From an uncultured Actinomycetota bacterium (GTDB lineage Bacteria > Actinomycetota > Actinomycetes > Mycobacteriales > CADCTP01): a stretch of 64,000 nt of DNA. Below are positions 10,773 through 21,123 of the stretch, one piece after another; within the stretch, counting starts at the first letter, position 1; the number at the start of each line of letters is the position of its first letter. The position numbers and the translations under genes are program-made. A model generated the notes under the pieces. That model did not search any database. It saw only the letters and a program-made list of their open reading frames with translations, and had not been told where the DNA came from. Where the stretch lies: positions 39,839 through 103,838 of the forward strand of contig CAVYOJ010000002.1 in the NCBI GenBank assembly GCA_963770145.1. Reading direction: 5' to 3'.

Positions 10773-12296
10773 ATGCGACGTGCAGGGTGGAAGCGCCCGC
10801 TCGGAGTCCTGCTCGGTCTGCTGGTGCTGGTGCTCGGCCTGCCGGCCGCGGCCCAGGCGCAGCCAGGGCCGTCCCATCCGCGGCCCCGGCCGCCGGTCGA
10901 GGACCCGGCGCCGACCGGCCCGGACTGCACGACCACCCCGTCGAGCACCCAGGCCGGCTACTCGGTGGCCGACCCGCGCTGCGTGTTCAACGGCGCCGCG
11001 TACACCGGGGCGCGGTTCGTGCCGCAGACCAACGCGGCCGGGCACCCGATCTCGCGGACGTTCACCGGGATCGTGGCCGGCGCGCCGTACCGGATCGAGG
11101 TGCCGAAGCAGCACTGGAACGGCCAGCTGGTGCTGTTCGCGCACGGCTTCCGCGGCAACGGCACGACGGTGTGGGTGGACGACTCGCCGCTGCGGACCTA
11201 CCTCGTCGCGCACGGGTTCGCCTGGGCCGCGTCCGGCTACTCGACCAACGGCTACGACGTCGGTCAGGGCGTGCTCGACTCGCACGCGCTGATCGGCCTG
11301 TTCGCCGGCAAGGTCCGCACCGCGCGCAGCGTCTACATGACCGGCGTGTCGATGGGCGGGCACATCACCGCGGTCGAGATCGAGCACTTCCGCGGCGACT
11401 TCGTCGGCGCGATGCCGGCCTGCGGCGTGCTCGGCGACACCGAGCTGTTCGACTACTTCACCGACGCGAACGTGACCGCGGCCGCGCTGACCGGGACGGC
11501 GATCCAGTTCCCGATGACGCTGGAGGCCGGCCAGGCGTACGCGCCGACGTACGACGCGCAGGTGCTGTCCGAGCTGCCGACGCTCGGCACCGGCTTCGTC
11601 ACCGGCAACCCGGCGAACGTGTCGCTGACGCCGACCGGGCAGACCTGGGCGAGCACGGTGGAGCTGCGCAGCGGCGGCATCCGGCCGGGCTTCGCCAGCG
11701 GGTTCGCGTTCTGGGCGAGCGCCGGCTTCGCGCCGCTGACCAACGTGCCGTTCCTGTTCGGCGTCTACCCCGGGCTGACCGGCGGCACGATCGGGATCGC
11801 GGACGGCAACGTGGTCGACAACCGGTTCACGCTCTACCGGATCGGCGACAACCGCGGCCCGCTGACCGCGGCCGAGATCGCGCTGAACCGGTCGGTGCTG
11901 CGGGTCGCGGCGACGACGCCGCCGTCGCGCGGGCTGACCGGCATCCCGAAGGTCGTCGGCGACCCGCACATCCCGGTGCTGTCCATGCACGACCTCGGCG
12001 ACCTGTTCGTGCCGTTCAAGATGGAGCAGATCTACGCGCAGCGGGTGGCCGCGCACGGGCAGAGCCGGCTGTTCGTCAGCCGGGCGATCCGCGGCGTCGG
12101 GCACTGCGACTTCACCCAGGCCGAGTTCGAGCGCGGCTTCGCCGACCTGGTCAGCTGGGTGCGCACCGGGCACCGGCCGGCCGGCGACCGGGTGACCGAC
12201 GCGCGCGTGGTCGCCTCGCCGACGTTCGGCTGCAAGTTCACCGACCCGACGCCGGGGGCGCACCCCGGTTTCGTCGCCCCGGCCTGCCCGTCCTGA
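10773..12296 (+). CDS. secreted alpha/beta-fold hydrolase
   Basis: Signal peptide LGVLLGLLVLVLGLPAAAQAQ. Nucleophile elbow GVSMGG. Intact about 507 aa. The start is chosen at the ATG at 10773; GTG at 10755 is also possible. Confidence 0.7.
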   Translation: MRRAGWKRPLGVLLGLLVLVLGLPAAAQAQPGPSHPRPRPPVEDPAPTGPDCTTTPSSTQAGYSVADPRCVFNGAAYTGARFVPQTNAAGHPISRTFTGIVAGAPYRIEVPKQHWNGQLVLFAHGFRGNGTTVWVDDSPLRTYLVAHGFAWAASGYSTNGYDVGQGVLDSHALIGLFAGKVRTARSVYMTGVSMGGHITAVEIEHFRGDFVGAMPACGVLGDTELFDYFTDANVTAAALTGTAIQFPMTLEAGQAYAPTYDAQVLSELPTLGTGFVTGNPANVSLTPTGQTWASTVELRSGGIRPGFASGFAFWASAGFAPLTNVPFLFGVYPGLTGGTIGIADGNVVDNRFTLYRIGDNRGPLTAAEIALNRSVLRVAATTPPSRGLTGIPKVVGDPHIPVLSMHDLGDLFVPFKMEQIYAQRVAAHGQSRLFVSRAIRGVGHCDFTQAEFERGFADLVSWVRTGHRPAGDRVTDARVVASPTFGCKFTDPTPGAHPGFVAPACPS

Positions 12297-12317
12297 AGTC
12301 CCCGCCGGGCGTCGATC

Positions 12318-12370
12318 CCGGCCGGCGTCGTTCGTAGCCATGCTGAGAGGCTGGCACCGACGCCGGCCGG
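12318..12370. terminator. perfect 13-bp GC-rich inverted repeat (ccggccggcgtcg / cgacgccggccgg) with 27-nt spacer
   Basis: Arms at 12318-12330 and 12358-12370, between the hydrolase stop (12296) and the next start (12389). No T-tract. Confidence 0.35.
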
Positions 12371-12388
12371 CGACCTCGTGGAGGACAC

Positions 12389-13154
12389 ATGACCGAGCCC
12401 CGGACCCAGGGCTACGTCGACGTCAACGGCGTGCACATGTACTACGAGGTGTACGGCGAGGGCTCGCCGCTCGTGCTGCTGCACGGCGGGATCATGACGA
12501 TCGACCTCAACTTCGCCTCGCTGATCCCCCCGCTCGCGACCCGGCACACGGTCATCGCCGTGGAGATGCAGGGGCACGGCCGCACCGCCGACACCGGCCG
12601 TGCCGATCACCCCGGCCGCGCTCGCCTCGGACGTCGTCGGCCTGCTCGACCACCTCGGCATCGAGCGTGCGCACGTGCTCGGCCACAGCCTCGGCGGCGC
12701 GGTCGCGCTGGAGCTCGCGGTGAGCCACCCGGACCGGGTGCGCTCGGTCGTGCCGATGTCGATCAGCGTGCGGCCGGACGGCACCCACGAGGAGATCACC
12801 GACCCGACCAAGCAGGCGACCTCCACCCGGATGCCGACGCCGCAGGACTTCGCCGAGATGACCGAGGCGTACAAGCGGCTCTCGCCGCACCCGGAGCACT
12901 TCGACGACTTCCTGGCCATGCTGTCCGGCGTCGCGTCCCAGCTGGAGGGCTGGTCGGACGCGCAGCTGGCCGGGGTCGCCGCGCCGACGATGCTGATGAT
13001 CGGCGACAACGACTTCACCACGGTCGAGCACGGCGCGCTGATGCTCCGGCTCATCCCCGGCTCGCAGCTGGCCGTCCTGCCCGGCACCACCCACATGACC
13101 ATCACCCGCCGCGCCGACCTGGTCCTGCCCATCCTCGCCGGCTTCCTCGACTGA
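12389..13154 (+). pseudogene. alpha/beta hydrolase, one +1 frame break (about 12600)
   Basis: PLVLLHGG..MQGHGRTAD is in ORF 12389-. The nucleophile elbow GHSLGG and the C-terminal LPGTTHM are in ORF 12600-13154. Confidence 0.8.
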
Positions 13155-13253
13155 CGTCGGCCTCGTCCGCCGCGACCCGGACTCAGGCGCAGCCGGAGCA
13201 GGCTCGCCGCGGTCGGCACGCCGGCCCCGGCCGTCAGTGACCGGGCGGCGACG

Positions 13254-13688
13254 TCAGGGCGCCGGTCGGGCCTCGGGTGTGTCGTCGAGCTGCGCGCGGG
13301 CCTGGTCGGCGGCGGCGCGGGTCTGCTCGGCGAGGGCGCGGCCCTTGAGGTCGCCGGCGTAGACGGCGGCGCCGAGCAGCACCGCGGTCACCGCCGACGG
13401 GACCCGCAGCCGGTCGGCGGCCGCGGTCAGCAGGGCGGTGGCGCCGACCCAGCCGGCCGTGCCGACGGCGTCGGCGGCGAGCTGCTTGGCCGGCGGGAAC
13501 TGCTTGCCCTCGCCCGGCGTGATGCCGATGACCATGATCCCCGGCCGGCCGAACCGGCGCGCGGCCACGTCGGTGGCCAGCACCACCGCGAGCCGCGCCG
13601 GCCACCGCCCGGGCATCCCGGCCGGCAGGGCTGCCGCCACCGCCGGCCCCGCGGCGCGGAGGGCGGGCCCGGGGGACAACGGGATCAT
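13254..13688 (-). CDS. hypothetical protein (Ala/Gly-rich, hydrophobic)
   Basis: 144-aa ORF with near-saturated GC3. No recognisable family. Confidence 0.5.
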   Translation of the reverse strand: MIPLSPGPALRAAGPAVAAALPAGMPGRWPARLAVVLATDVAARRFGRPGIMVIGITPGEGKQFPPAKQLAADAVGTAGWVGATALLTAAADRLRVPSAVTAVLLGAAVYAGDLKGRALAEQTRAAADQARAQLDDTPEARPAP

Positions 13689-13697
13689 GCCGGCAGC

Positions 13698-14510
13698 CTA
13701 GCGATCAAGTCCGGCGGATCGGACCAAAGCTGGGCCAGACTTCGCTACGGCCGGGTGCGGGCCAACTCGGCCGTCGACGGAGTGGTCGCGACCCGGCGCC
13801 GGCGGCGTATCCCGGTCCTCGTCCGGCCGCCCGCCGGACAGCGGCAGCGCGAGGAAGGCGATCGCCAGCAGCGCGAGGCCGAGCAGGAAGCTGGTGGCGG
13901 TGTCGGTCGGGTAGTGCATGCCGCGGTACATCCGGCAGCTCGCGACCATGATCGGGATCAGCACGCCGACCACGACGACCAGCCAGCGCAGCCAGACGTG
14001 CCGGGTGTGCCAGGCGATGATCAGCGCCGTGCCGACGTAGTACGCCGTGGCCGCGGCGGTGTGCCCGGACGGGAAGCTCGAGGTCGGCGGCGAGTCGTCG
14101 AGGTGGCGCACCGGCGGCCGCTCGCGGTCGATGAGCATCGTGGTGACCAGGAAGATCACCGCCTGGCCGGTGACGCAGATCGCCAGGATCACCGACTCCC
14201 GCCAGCGGTGGAACACCAGCCGGAACACGACCACGGTGATCGCGGTCAGCCCGATGATCGTCGGCGTCTCGCCGAACAGCGTGCCGATGTGCGTGAGCGT
14301 CTCGCCGGTCGGCGTGCGCTGCTTCTCCAGCCACTTGTCCAGGCCGGCGTCCGCGTCGGCGAACGCGGTCGTCTCCAGCACCCTCGTGATCAGCAGCCCG
14401 AGCAGGACCACGACCACCCCGACAGCGAACCACCAGGGCACGAACCGCTTCCCGGCCGTACCCAGCTCCTGCCAGACCGTCCGCTCGCCCGCCGGCTTCG
14501 TGATGCTCAC
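13698..14510 (-). CDS. PAP2-family phosphatase (membrane)
   Basis: PAP2 motifs RERPP...PSGH...SRMYRGMHYPTD. GTG start at 14510 chosen just before the first TM helix. Confidence 0.8.
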   Translation of the reverse strand: MSITKPAGERTVWQELGTAGKRFVPWWFAVGVVVVLLGLLITRVLETTAFADADAGLDKWLEKQRTPTGETLTHIGTLFGETPTIIGLTAITVVVFRLVFHRWRESVILAICVTGQAVIFLVTTMLIDRERPPVRHLDDSPPTSSFPSGHTAAATAYYVGTALIIAWHTRHVWLRWLVVVVGVLIPIMVASCRMYRGMHYPTDTATSFLLGLALLAIAFLALPLSGGRPDEDRDTPPAPGRDHSVDGRVGPHPAVAKSGPALVRSAGLDR

Positions 14511-14560
14511 GCCCCGCTGGTACCCAATGGCGGCCGGTGTCACGCTCCTAGGCTGACCCG

Positions 14561-14812
14561 GTGGCGACGAACGAGTTCGACCTGACGCTGACCGACGGCC
14601 GGACGCTGCACTGCTACGACACCGGCCCGCGGCGCTGACGGTCGCCTGGCAGCACGGCACGCCGCAGACCGGCCCGCCGCCGCAGCCGCTGCTCGCGCTG
14701 CCGGCGTGCGCTGGCTGTCGGTCGACCGGCCCGGCTACGGCGGGTCCAGCCCGCGGCCGGGCCGGTCGGTCGCCGACGCCGCCGCGGACACCGCCGCGCT
14801 CGCCGACGCGCC
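14561..14812 (+). pseudogene. N-terminal remnant (about 85 codons, frame-broken, truncated) of an alpha/beta hydrolase
   Basis: NEFDLTLTDGRTLHCYDTGP / LTVAWQHGTPQTG / VRWLSVDRPGYGGSSPRPGRSVADAAADTAALADA in three frames. No GxSxG elbow or downstream half before the XdhC-like stop at 14856. Confidence 0.6.
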
Positions 14813-14855
14813 GCCGCCGCGTCCGCCGTGGAGCGCCTGCGCTGACCCGGGCCGG

Positions 14856-15419
14856 TCAGGTCGGGTTGGGGAAGTCGAAGCCGCCGGGGCGGTCGTTGCG
14901 GTCGGCGAGCAGGCCGGCCAGCGCGGACAGGGCGATCTCCGGCGGCGTGCGGGAGCCGATGTTCAGGCCGATCGGCCGGTGCACCCGGTCGACGTCGGCG
15001 GCCGGTACGCCGAGCGCGGCCAGCGCCTCGATGTGCGGACCCTTGTGCCGGGCGTTGCCCATCACGCCGACCCAGCGGGGCGTGCCGACCAGCACGTCCC
15101 GCAGCACCGGCCCGAGCTCGTCCCGGTGGTGGTCGGTGACGACGACGTCGGCGTCCGGGTGCAGCACGACCGGGTCGGCGTCGTTGACCACCACGTCGGC
15201 CAGCTGCCGGTCGGCGTCGGTCACCTTGTCCGGCACCGGCTCGTAGAGCACGGTCCGGAAGCCGGTCGCCCGGGCGAAATGCATGAGGTTGCGGGCCACC
15301 GGCGAGGAGAACACCGCGACCAGGGTGCGGCCGTCGACCGGGGCCGGGGCGTCGCCGTGGGCGATCGCGTCCGCCGACGGGACCTCGCTGTGCGCGACCG
15401 TGCAGGCCGGATCCTCCAT
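14856..15419 (-). CDS. XdhC-family protein (Rossmann-domain only)
   Basis: RWVGVMGNARHKGPHIEALAALG...VHRPIGLNIGSRTPPEIALSALAGLL is typical of the XdhC/CoxI C-terminal domain. ATG at 15419. Confidence 0.75.
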   Translation of the reverse strand: MEDPACTVAHSEVPSADAIAHGDAPAPVDGRTLVAVFSSPVARNLMHFARATGFRTVLYEPVPDKVTDADRQLADVVVNDADPVVLHPDADVVVTDHHRDELGPVLRDVLVGTPRWVGVMGNARHKGPHIEALAALGVPAADVDRVHRPIGLNIGSRTPPEIALSALAGLLADRNDRPGGFDFPNPT

Positions 15420-15436
15420 GCCGCCAGTCTGCCAAC

Positions 15437-16102
15437 TCAGAGCAGCGAGAGCACGTGCTCCAGCCCGCGCGGCCCGGTCGGTGCCGGCGCCGGCAGCAGG
15501 AACGCGTACAGCCCGGCGGTCACCGCCCCGGAGTCGGTGAGCGGGTTGTCGCCGACCATGAGGGCCCGCTCCGGCCGGACGCCGAGCCGGTCGCACGCGG
15601 CCCGGAAGACCGACGCGGCCGGCTTGCACACGCCGTGCTCGTACGACATGAACACCGCGTCGAGATGCGGCATGAGGCCCAGCCGTTCCAGCGCCGGCCG
15701 CAGGTCGAACCCGGTGTCGCTGACCACGGCGACCCGCAGCCCGCGCGACCGTACGGCCTCCAGCGTGGGCAGGGCGTCCGGGAACGCCTCCCAGGACTCG
15801 GCCGCGACGGTCCGCTCGTACAGCCGGTCGCTGAGGCCGGGCGCCAGCTCCTCGCAGCCGGCCGCGGCGTAGAGCTCGGTCCACACCGCACGGTGCCGCT
15901 CGGTGGACAGGTCCCGGCCCTTCGCCAGCTCCTCGGCGGTGCTACCGCGGTCGAGCACCCGTTGCCAGACCCGGCTGGCCGCGCCGGGGTCCAGCGACGA
16001 GCCCAGCGTGGCCGCCGCTTCGTGCAGCAACTCCGTGCCGCTGCCGGTCAGCCGGATCAGCGTGTCCCCCGCGTCGAACAGGACCGCCTCGAACCGACCC
16101 AT
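15437..16102 (-). CDS. HAD-superfamily hydrolase/phosphatase
   Basis: Motif I VLFDAGDTL, motif II VVSDT, CKP, motif IV MVGDNPLTD. Intact 221 aa. Confidence 0.8.
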   Translation of the reverse strand: MGRFEAVLFDAGDTLIRLTGSGTELLHEAAATLGSSLDPGAASRVWQRVLDRGSTAEELAKGRDLSTERHRAVWTELYAAAGCEELAPGLSDRLYERTVAAESWEAFPDALPTLEAVRSRGLRVAVVSDTGFDLRPALERLGLMPHLDAVFMSYEHGVCKPAASVFRAACDRLGVRPERALMVGDNPLTDSGAVTAGLYAFLLPAPAPTGPRGLEHVLSLL

Positions 16103-16114
16103 GCACCGGCCCCC

Positions 16115-16794
16115 TCACTGCGCGCTGCCCGCGGTGGCGCCACAGCCAGCCCACGTCGCGGCCGAAGGACTCGACCAGCAGCGCCAGCGCGAGCACCACG
16201 AGGGCGACGGCGACGGGCCGCGGCAGCAGGCCGGACGCCGCGACCACGAGCACGACGCCCTCGGTCGCCGCAACGACCTTGCGCCAGTATCGCGGCGGGA
16301 GCTCGGCCCGCATCCAGGGCACTACCCACCCGGCGGCCATGAACGCATACCGCATCAGGCCGATGGCCAGCACCCAGCCGCCGAGCGAGCCGGCGACGTA
16401 CCCGCTGAGCACGAGGATGAGGAACGCGTCCGCCTCCATGTCGAAGCGCGCCCCGAGCTCGGAGACCGTGCCGGTGCGGCGGGCGACCCAGCCGTCGACC
16501 GCGTCCAGCGCGAGCGCCACCGCGGCCAGCGGGACCAGCGCGGCGACCGGCTCCGGCCGCAGCACCGACTCGGCCACCAACGCGGTGACGCCGCCGACCA
16601 GCGTCGCCCGGACCAGCGTCACCTGGTCAGCCGGACCGAGCCGGGACCGGCGCAGCAGCACCAGCACGCACCAGCCCGTACCCGACCCCGGCGAGCCAGC
16701 CGGCCCAGCCGAGGCCGACGGTGGTCGCGAGGATCGCGAGGACCACCAGCTGGCCGACGAACCCGACCACCGCTTCCGTACGAACCGTCGGCAC
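16115..16794 (-). pseudogene. CDP-alcohol phosphatidyltransferase, one clear +1 frame break (about 16690) and probably a second near the 3' end
   Basis: Signature DAVDGWVARRTGTVSELGARFDMEADAF (DGx2ARx8Gx3Dx3D). GGAGG-N5-GTG start at 16794. As written the frame runs on to 15942 across the HAD gene. The out-of-frame TGA at 16115-16117 sits 12 nt upstream of the HAD ATG, next to GAGGGGG. Confidence 0.75.
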
Positions 16795-16873
16795 TCCGCC
16801 TCCGTCACGTTGGGTGTCCGCGCCGCTCACTACGGGACCGGCTACCGTTCGGTTCGGGCACGGAAGGGGACCG

Positions 16874-17842
16874 ATGGCGGGCGAGGCCGGTGCGTTCTGG
16901 CTGCGCGAGCCGGGGACGGGCGAGATCCGGACGGTCCCGCTGCCCGATCCCGGTCCCGGCGAGGTGCGGGTCACGACCCGGTTCTCCGGGGTCAGCCGGG
17001 GCACCGAGACCCTCGTCTTCCGCGGCGAGGTCCCGCCGGACCAGTACGCGACCATGCGCGCGCCGTTCCAGGAGGGCGAGTTTCCCGCCCCGGTGAAGTA
17101 CGGCTATCTCAGCGTCGGCGAGGTGACGGCCGGACCGGTCGAGCTGCTCGGGCGGACCGTGTTCTGCCTCTACCCGCACCAGACCGCGTACGTGGTGCCG
17201 GCCGAGGCCGTGCTGCCGGTGCCGGCCGGGGTGCCGGCCGAGCGGGCCGTGCTGGCCGGCACGGTGGAGACCGCGGTCAACGCGCTCTGGGACGCCCGGC
17301 CGCGGATCGGCGACCGGGTCACCGTGGTCGGAGCGGGCATGGTCGGGTGCTGCGTGGCCGCGCTGCTGGCCCGGTTCCCCGGCGTGGATCTCCAGCTGGT
17401 CGACGCCGATCCGGGCAAGCAGGCGGTGGCGACGGCACTCGGCGTCCCGTTCGCCGCGCCGGCCGACGCCGCCGCCGGGCGGGATCTCGTCGTGCACGCC
17501 AGCGCCAGCGGGCCCGGACTGCAGCGGTCGCTTGATCTGCTGGCGCCGGAGGGCACCGTGCTCGAGCTCAGCTGGTACGGAGGCCACCGGGTAGAGCTTG
17601 CCCTCGGCGGTGCGTTCCACTCCGGCCGGCTGGCGATCCGCAGCAGCCAGGTCGGCACCGTCGCCCGGCCGGACCGGACCTACCGGGATCGGCTGGGGCT
17701 CGCCCTCGACCTGCTGCGGGACCCGCGGTTCGACGCGCTGATCACCGGGCGGTCGGCGTTCGCCGAGCTGCCGTCCGTACTGGCCGGGCTGGCGTCCGGC
17801 GACATCCCTGCGCTCTGCCACCTCGTGACCTATGGAGAGTGA
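16874..17842 (+). CDS. MDR-superfamily (zinc-type alcohol dehydrogenase-like) oxidoreductase
   Basis: GroES-like N-terminal domain and Rossmann [14 protein letters not shown]. The usual catalytic Cys/His region reads [10 protein letters not shown], so the Cys is not conserved. Intact. Confidence 0.75.
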   Translation: MAGEAGAFWLREPGTGEIRTVPLPDPGPGEVRVTTRFSGVSRGTETLVFRGEVPPDQYATMRAPFQEGEFPAPVKYGYLSVGEVTAGPVELLGRTVFCLYPHQTAYVVPAEAVLPVPAGVPAERAVLAGTVETAVNALWDARPRIGDRVTVVGAGMVGCCVAALLARFPGVDLQLVDADPGKQAVATALGVPFAAPADAAAGRDLVVHASASGPGLQRSLDLLAPEGTVLELSWYGGHRVELALGGAFHSGRLAIRSSQVGTVARPDRTYRDRLGLALDLLRDPRFDALITGRSAFAELPSVLAGLASGDIPALCHLVTYGE

Positions 17843-18246
17843 CCACTGTGTTCAGCGTGACCGTCCGCGACCACGTCATGATCGCGCACAGCTTCCGCGG
17901 CGAGGTCTTCGGCCCGGCCCAGCGGCTGCACGGCGCCACCTACGTGGTCGACGCGACGTTCCGGCGGCCGGAGCTGGACGCGGACGGCCTGGTCGTCGAC
18001 ATCGGCGCGGCCACCGCCGAGCTCGGCGCGGTGCTGGGCGAGCTGAACTACCGCAACCTCGACGAGGAGCCGGCGTTCGCCGGCCGGAACACCTCCACCG
18101 AGCTGCTGGCGCGGGTCGTCGCCGACCGGCTGGCCGAGCGGGCGCGGGCCGGCGCGCTCGGCGAGTCCGCGCGCGGGCTGACCGGTATCACGGTCACCCT
18201 GCACGAGTCGCACGTCGCCTGGGCCTCCTACGAGCGGGAGCTATGA
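17839..18246 (+). CDS. 6-pyruvoyl-tetrahydropterin synthase/QueD-like protein with degenerate active site
   Basis: GTGA overlap with the upstream gene. T-fold-like VMIAHSF...[10 protein letters not shown]...LNYRNLD...LHESH, aligned by eye to QueD FEAAHRL..CGRLHGHSF..LDHHYLN..KET. Confidence 0.65.
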   Translation: MTTVFSVTVRDHVMIAHSFRGEVFGPAQRLHGATYVVDATFRRPELDADGLVVDIGAATAELGAVLGELNYRNLDEEPAFAGRNTSTELLARVVADRLAERARAGALGESARGLTGITVTLHESHVAWASYEREL

Positions 18247-19217
18247 CTGCTCTGTACGCGGTGCTGCCCAACGACATCGACGATGCGGCGACCCCGAGCG
18301 GAGGCAACCGGTACGACCGGCGGGTGCTGACCGGGCTGGCCGCGCTGGGCTGGTCGGTGCGCGAGATCGCCGTGCCGGGTGCCTGGCCGACCCCGACCGA
18401 CCGCGAGCTGGCCGGGCTGGCCGCCGCGCTGGCGCCGGTTCCCGACGGCGGGATCGTGCTCGTCGACGGGCTGGTCGGGTCGGCCGCCGCCGAGGTGCTG
18501 GTGCCGGCGGCGGCGCGGCTGCGGCTGGTGCTGCTCGTCCACCTGCCGCTGGACACGCCGGGCGAGGCGGCGGTGCTGGCCGCGGCCCGCGCGGTGGTCA
18601 CGACCAGCCCGTGCACCCGGCTGCCGGTGCCGGCGCAGGTGGCCACGCCCGGGGTCGACCCGGCCCCGCTGGCCACGCCGTCGCCGGCCGGCGACCGGCT
18701 GCTCTGCGTCGCCGCGGTCGCCGCGCACAAGGGCCAGGACCGGCTCAGCGCCGCGCTCGCCGCCGTACCCGAGCCGTTCACCTGCACGTACGTGGGCTCG
18801 CTGACCCGCGAGCCGGACTTCGTGGCGGCCCTGCGACGGCGGCTCGACCCGCGGATCCGGCTGGCCGGCGTGCTGGCCGGACCCGACCTGGCCGCCGCGT
18901 ACGGCCGGGCCGACCTGCTGGTCTCCGCGTCCCGCGGGGAGACGTACGGGATGGTCGCGACCGAGGCGCTCGCCCGCGGGATCCCGGTGCTGGCGGTGCG
19001 GGTCGGCGGCCTGCCGGTCGCGGTCGGCCACGCCCCGGACGGCACCGTGCCCGGCCTGCTGGTCGAGCCGGACGAGCTGGCGGGTGCGGTGCGGCGCTGG
19101 CTCACCGACGCCGATCTGCGCGAGCGGCTGCGCCGGTCGGCCCGGGGCCGGCGGGAGACGCTGGCCGGCTGGGACGTCACCGCCCGGACCGTGTCCGACG
19201 TGCTGGCGGCGGCATGA
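18243..19217 (+). CDS. GT4-family (GT-B) glycosyltransferase
   Basis: ATGA overlap with the upstream gene. E-x7-E motif [22 protein letters not shown]. Intact 324 aa. Confidence 0.8.
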   Translation: MTALYAVLPNDIDDAATPSGGNRYDRRVLTGLAALGWSVREIAVPGAWPTPTDRELAGLAAALAPVPDGGIVLVDGLVGSAAAEVLVPAAARLRLVLLVHLPLDTPGEAAVLAAARAVVTTSPCTRLPVPAQVATPGVDPAPLATPSPAGDRLLCVAAVAAHKGQDRLSAALAAVPEPFTCTYVGSLTREPDFVAALRRRLDPRIRLAGVLAGPDLAAAYGRADLLVSASRGETYGMVATEALARGIPVLAVRVGGLPVAVGHAPDGTVPGLLVEPDELAGAVRRWLTDADLRERLRRSARGRRETLAGWDVTARTVSDVLAAA

Positions 19218-20045
19218 CCACCTTCGCCGACTGGCTGGCGCTGCGCGAGCCGGCCGACGCGGCCGCGCGCTCGGCCGAGCTGGCCGACCGGCTCGCGCTG
19301 CGACCGCCGCTGCTGGTGCACGACCTGGGCAGCGGCACCGGCTCGATGCTCCGCTGGCTGGCGCCCCGGCTGCCGACGCCGCAGCACTGGGTGCTGCACG
19401 ACCGGGACGCCGACCTGCTGGCGCTCGCCGTCCGGGCGCTGCCGCCCGGGGTCGGCGCCGAGACCCGGGTCGGCGACCTGACCCGGCTCACCGCCGCCGA
19501 CCTCGCCGGCGCCTCGCTGGTCACCTGCTCGGCGCTGCTGGACATGCTCACCGCGGCCGAGATCGAGGGGCTGGTCGCGGCCTGCGCCGGCCGGCCGGCG
19601 CTGCTCACGCTGACCGTGGTCGGCGCGGTCAGGCTCGATCCGCCGCACCCGCTGGACGCCGCGGTGGCCGCCGCCTTCGACGCCCACCAACGCCGTACGG
19701 TCGGCGGCCGGACGCTGGCCGGTCCGGACGCCGCCGACCTCGCGGTGACTGCGTTCGGTAACCGTGGGATCGCCGTGGAGGTCCGGGAAACGCCCTGGCG
19801 ACTGGGCCCGGAACCGCTCTCGCGGGCCTGGTTCGAGGGCTGGATCGGCGCCGCGCTGGAGCAGGAGCCGGACCTGTCCGCGCAGCTCAGCGGGTACGTT
19901 CGCCAGTCGGTTGGAGCAGCTGCGCGGCGGCCGGTTGACGGTGTCCGTCGGGCATCGGGACCTGTATGCACCCGGACCCGCTGAACCCCGCCCACGGTTG
20001 CGCCGTGCTTCCCCCCGTAAGTGCCGTCCGAGGGGAGACCGATGA
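19214..20045 (+). pseudogene. SAM-dependent methyltransferase, one +1 frame break (about 19905)
   Basis: ATGA overlap with GT4. Motif I LVHDLGSGTGSM. The tail RLEQLRGGRLTVSVGHRDL is in the 19764-20045 frame, which ends in an ATGA overlap with the next gene. Confidence 0.7.
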
Positions 20046-21109
20046 CAAGCGCACCGGTGCTGCCGCGCCAGGCAGCTCCTCCGCCGCCGCGGGAGCACGA
20101 TCGACCGCACGGTGCGCGGACGGTCTGGGCCTGGGTGCGACCGCTCGGCGGTGTGGCGATCCTCGCCTTCCTGGTGTGGCGGGTCGGCACCGGTCCGTTC
20201 CTCGACGCGATGCACCAGATCAACGCCGGCTCGCTCGTCCTCGCGGTCGTGCTCGGGATGGTGACGACGACCGCGTCGGCCTTGCGGTGGAGCGTGATCG
20301 CGGGCGGGCTGGGACTGCGGCTCCCGCTGCGTACGGCGATCGCCGACTGCTACCGGTCGATCTTCCTCAACGCGACGCTTCCCGGCGGCGTGCTCGGCGA
20401 CGTGCACCGGGCGGTCAACCACGGCCGCGAGGTCGGTGACGTCGGCCGCGGCGTCCGGGCGGTGTTCTGGGAACGCACCGCCGGGCAGATCGTCCAGTCG
20501 ATGCTCGTCCTGGTCGTGCTGCTCACCTTCGCGTCCCCGGTGCGATCGGCGATGCCGGTCGTTGCCGTGGTCGTGCTGGCGGCGCTGGCCGTGCTGGCGC
20601 TGCTGACCGTCGTCCTGCCCCGCGGCGGCGAGTCATGGTGGGCGCGGACGCTGCGGACCGCACGGTCCGACGTCGCCGCGGGCCTGCTCGCCCGCGGCGT
20701 CTGGCCGTGGGTCGTCGTCGCCTCGGTCGTCGCGGTGGTCGGGCACGTGCTCACGTTCTTCATCGCCGCGCACGCCGCCGGCGTGCACGCCGGGCCGTCC
20801 GTGCTGGTCCCGCTCGCGCTGCTGGCGCTGGTCGTGATGACCGTGCCGCTCAACGTGGGCGGGTTCGGACCGCGGGAGGGCGTGGCCGCGTGGGCGTTCG
20901 GGGCGGCCGGGCTCACCGCCGGCCTCGGCGTCACGACGGCCGTGCTGTACGGGGCGCTGGTGCTGGTGGCCAGCCTGCCCGGGGTGGCGGTCCTGCTGAT
21001 CCGCCGGCTCCGCCCGCCCGCGGTCGACCCGGCCCCGCGCCCCGGCGGGGTGCTCGTGCCGGCAATCCCTGGTCCCGTGTCGGCTGAGACCCGCTCGCCG
21101 GTCCGCTAG
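20042..21109 (+). CDS. LPG-synthase-TM (UPF0104) family membrane protein, flippase-like
   Basis: Multi-TM protein with RWSVIAGGLGLRLPL..CYRSIFLNATLPGGVLGDVHRA, typical of the family. Intact. Confidence 0.7.
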   Translation: MTSAPVLPRQAAPPPPREHDRPHGARTVWAWVRPLGGVAILAFLVWRVGTGPFLDAMHQINAGSLVLAVVLGMVTTTASALRWSVIAGGLGLRLPLRTAIADCYRSIFLNATLPGGVLGDVHRAVNHGREVGDVGRGVRAVFWERTAGQIVQSMLVLVVLLTFASPVRSAMPVVAVVVLAALAVLALLTVVLPRGGESWWARTLRTARSDVAAGLLARGVWPWVVVASVVAVVGHVLTFFIAAHAAGVHAGPSVLVPLALLALVVMTVPLNVGGFGPREGVAAWAFGAAGLTAGLGVTTAVLYGALVLVASLPGVAVLLIRRLRPPAVDPAPRPGGVLVPAIPGPVSAETRSPVR

Positions 21110-21123
21110 GAAGGTCGCCCCCG

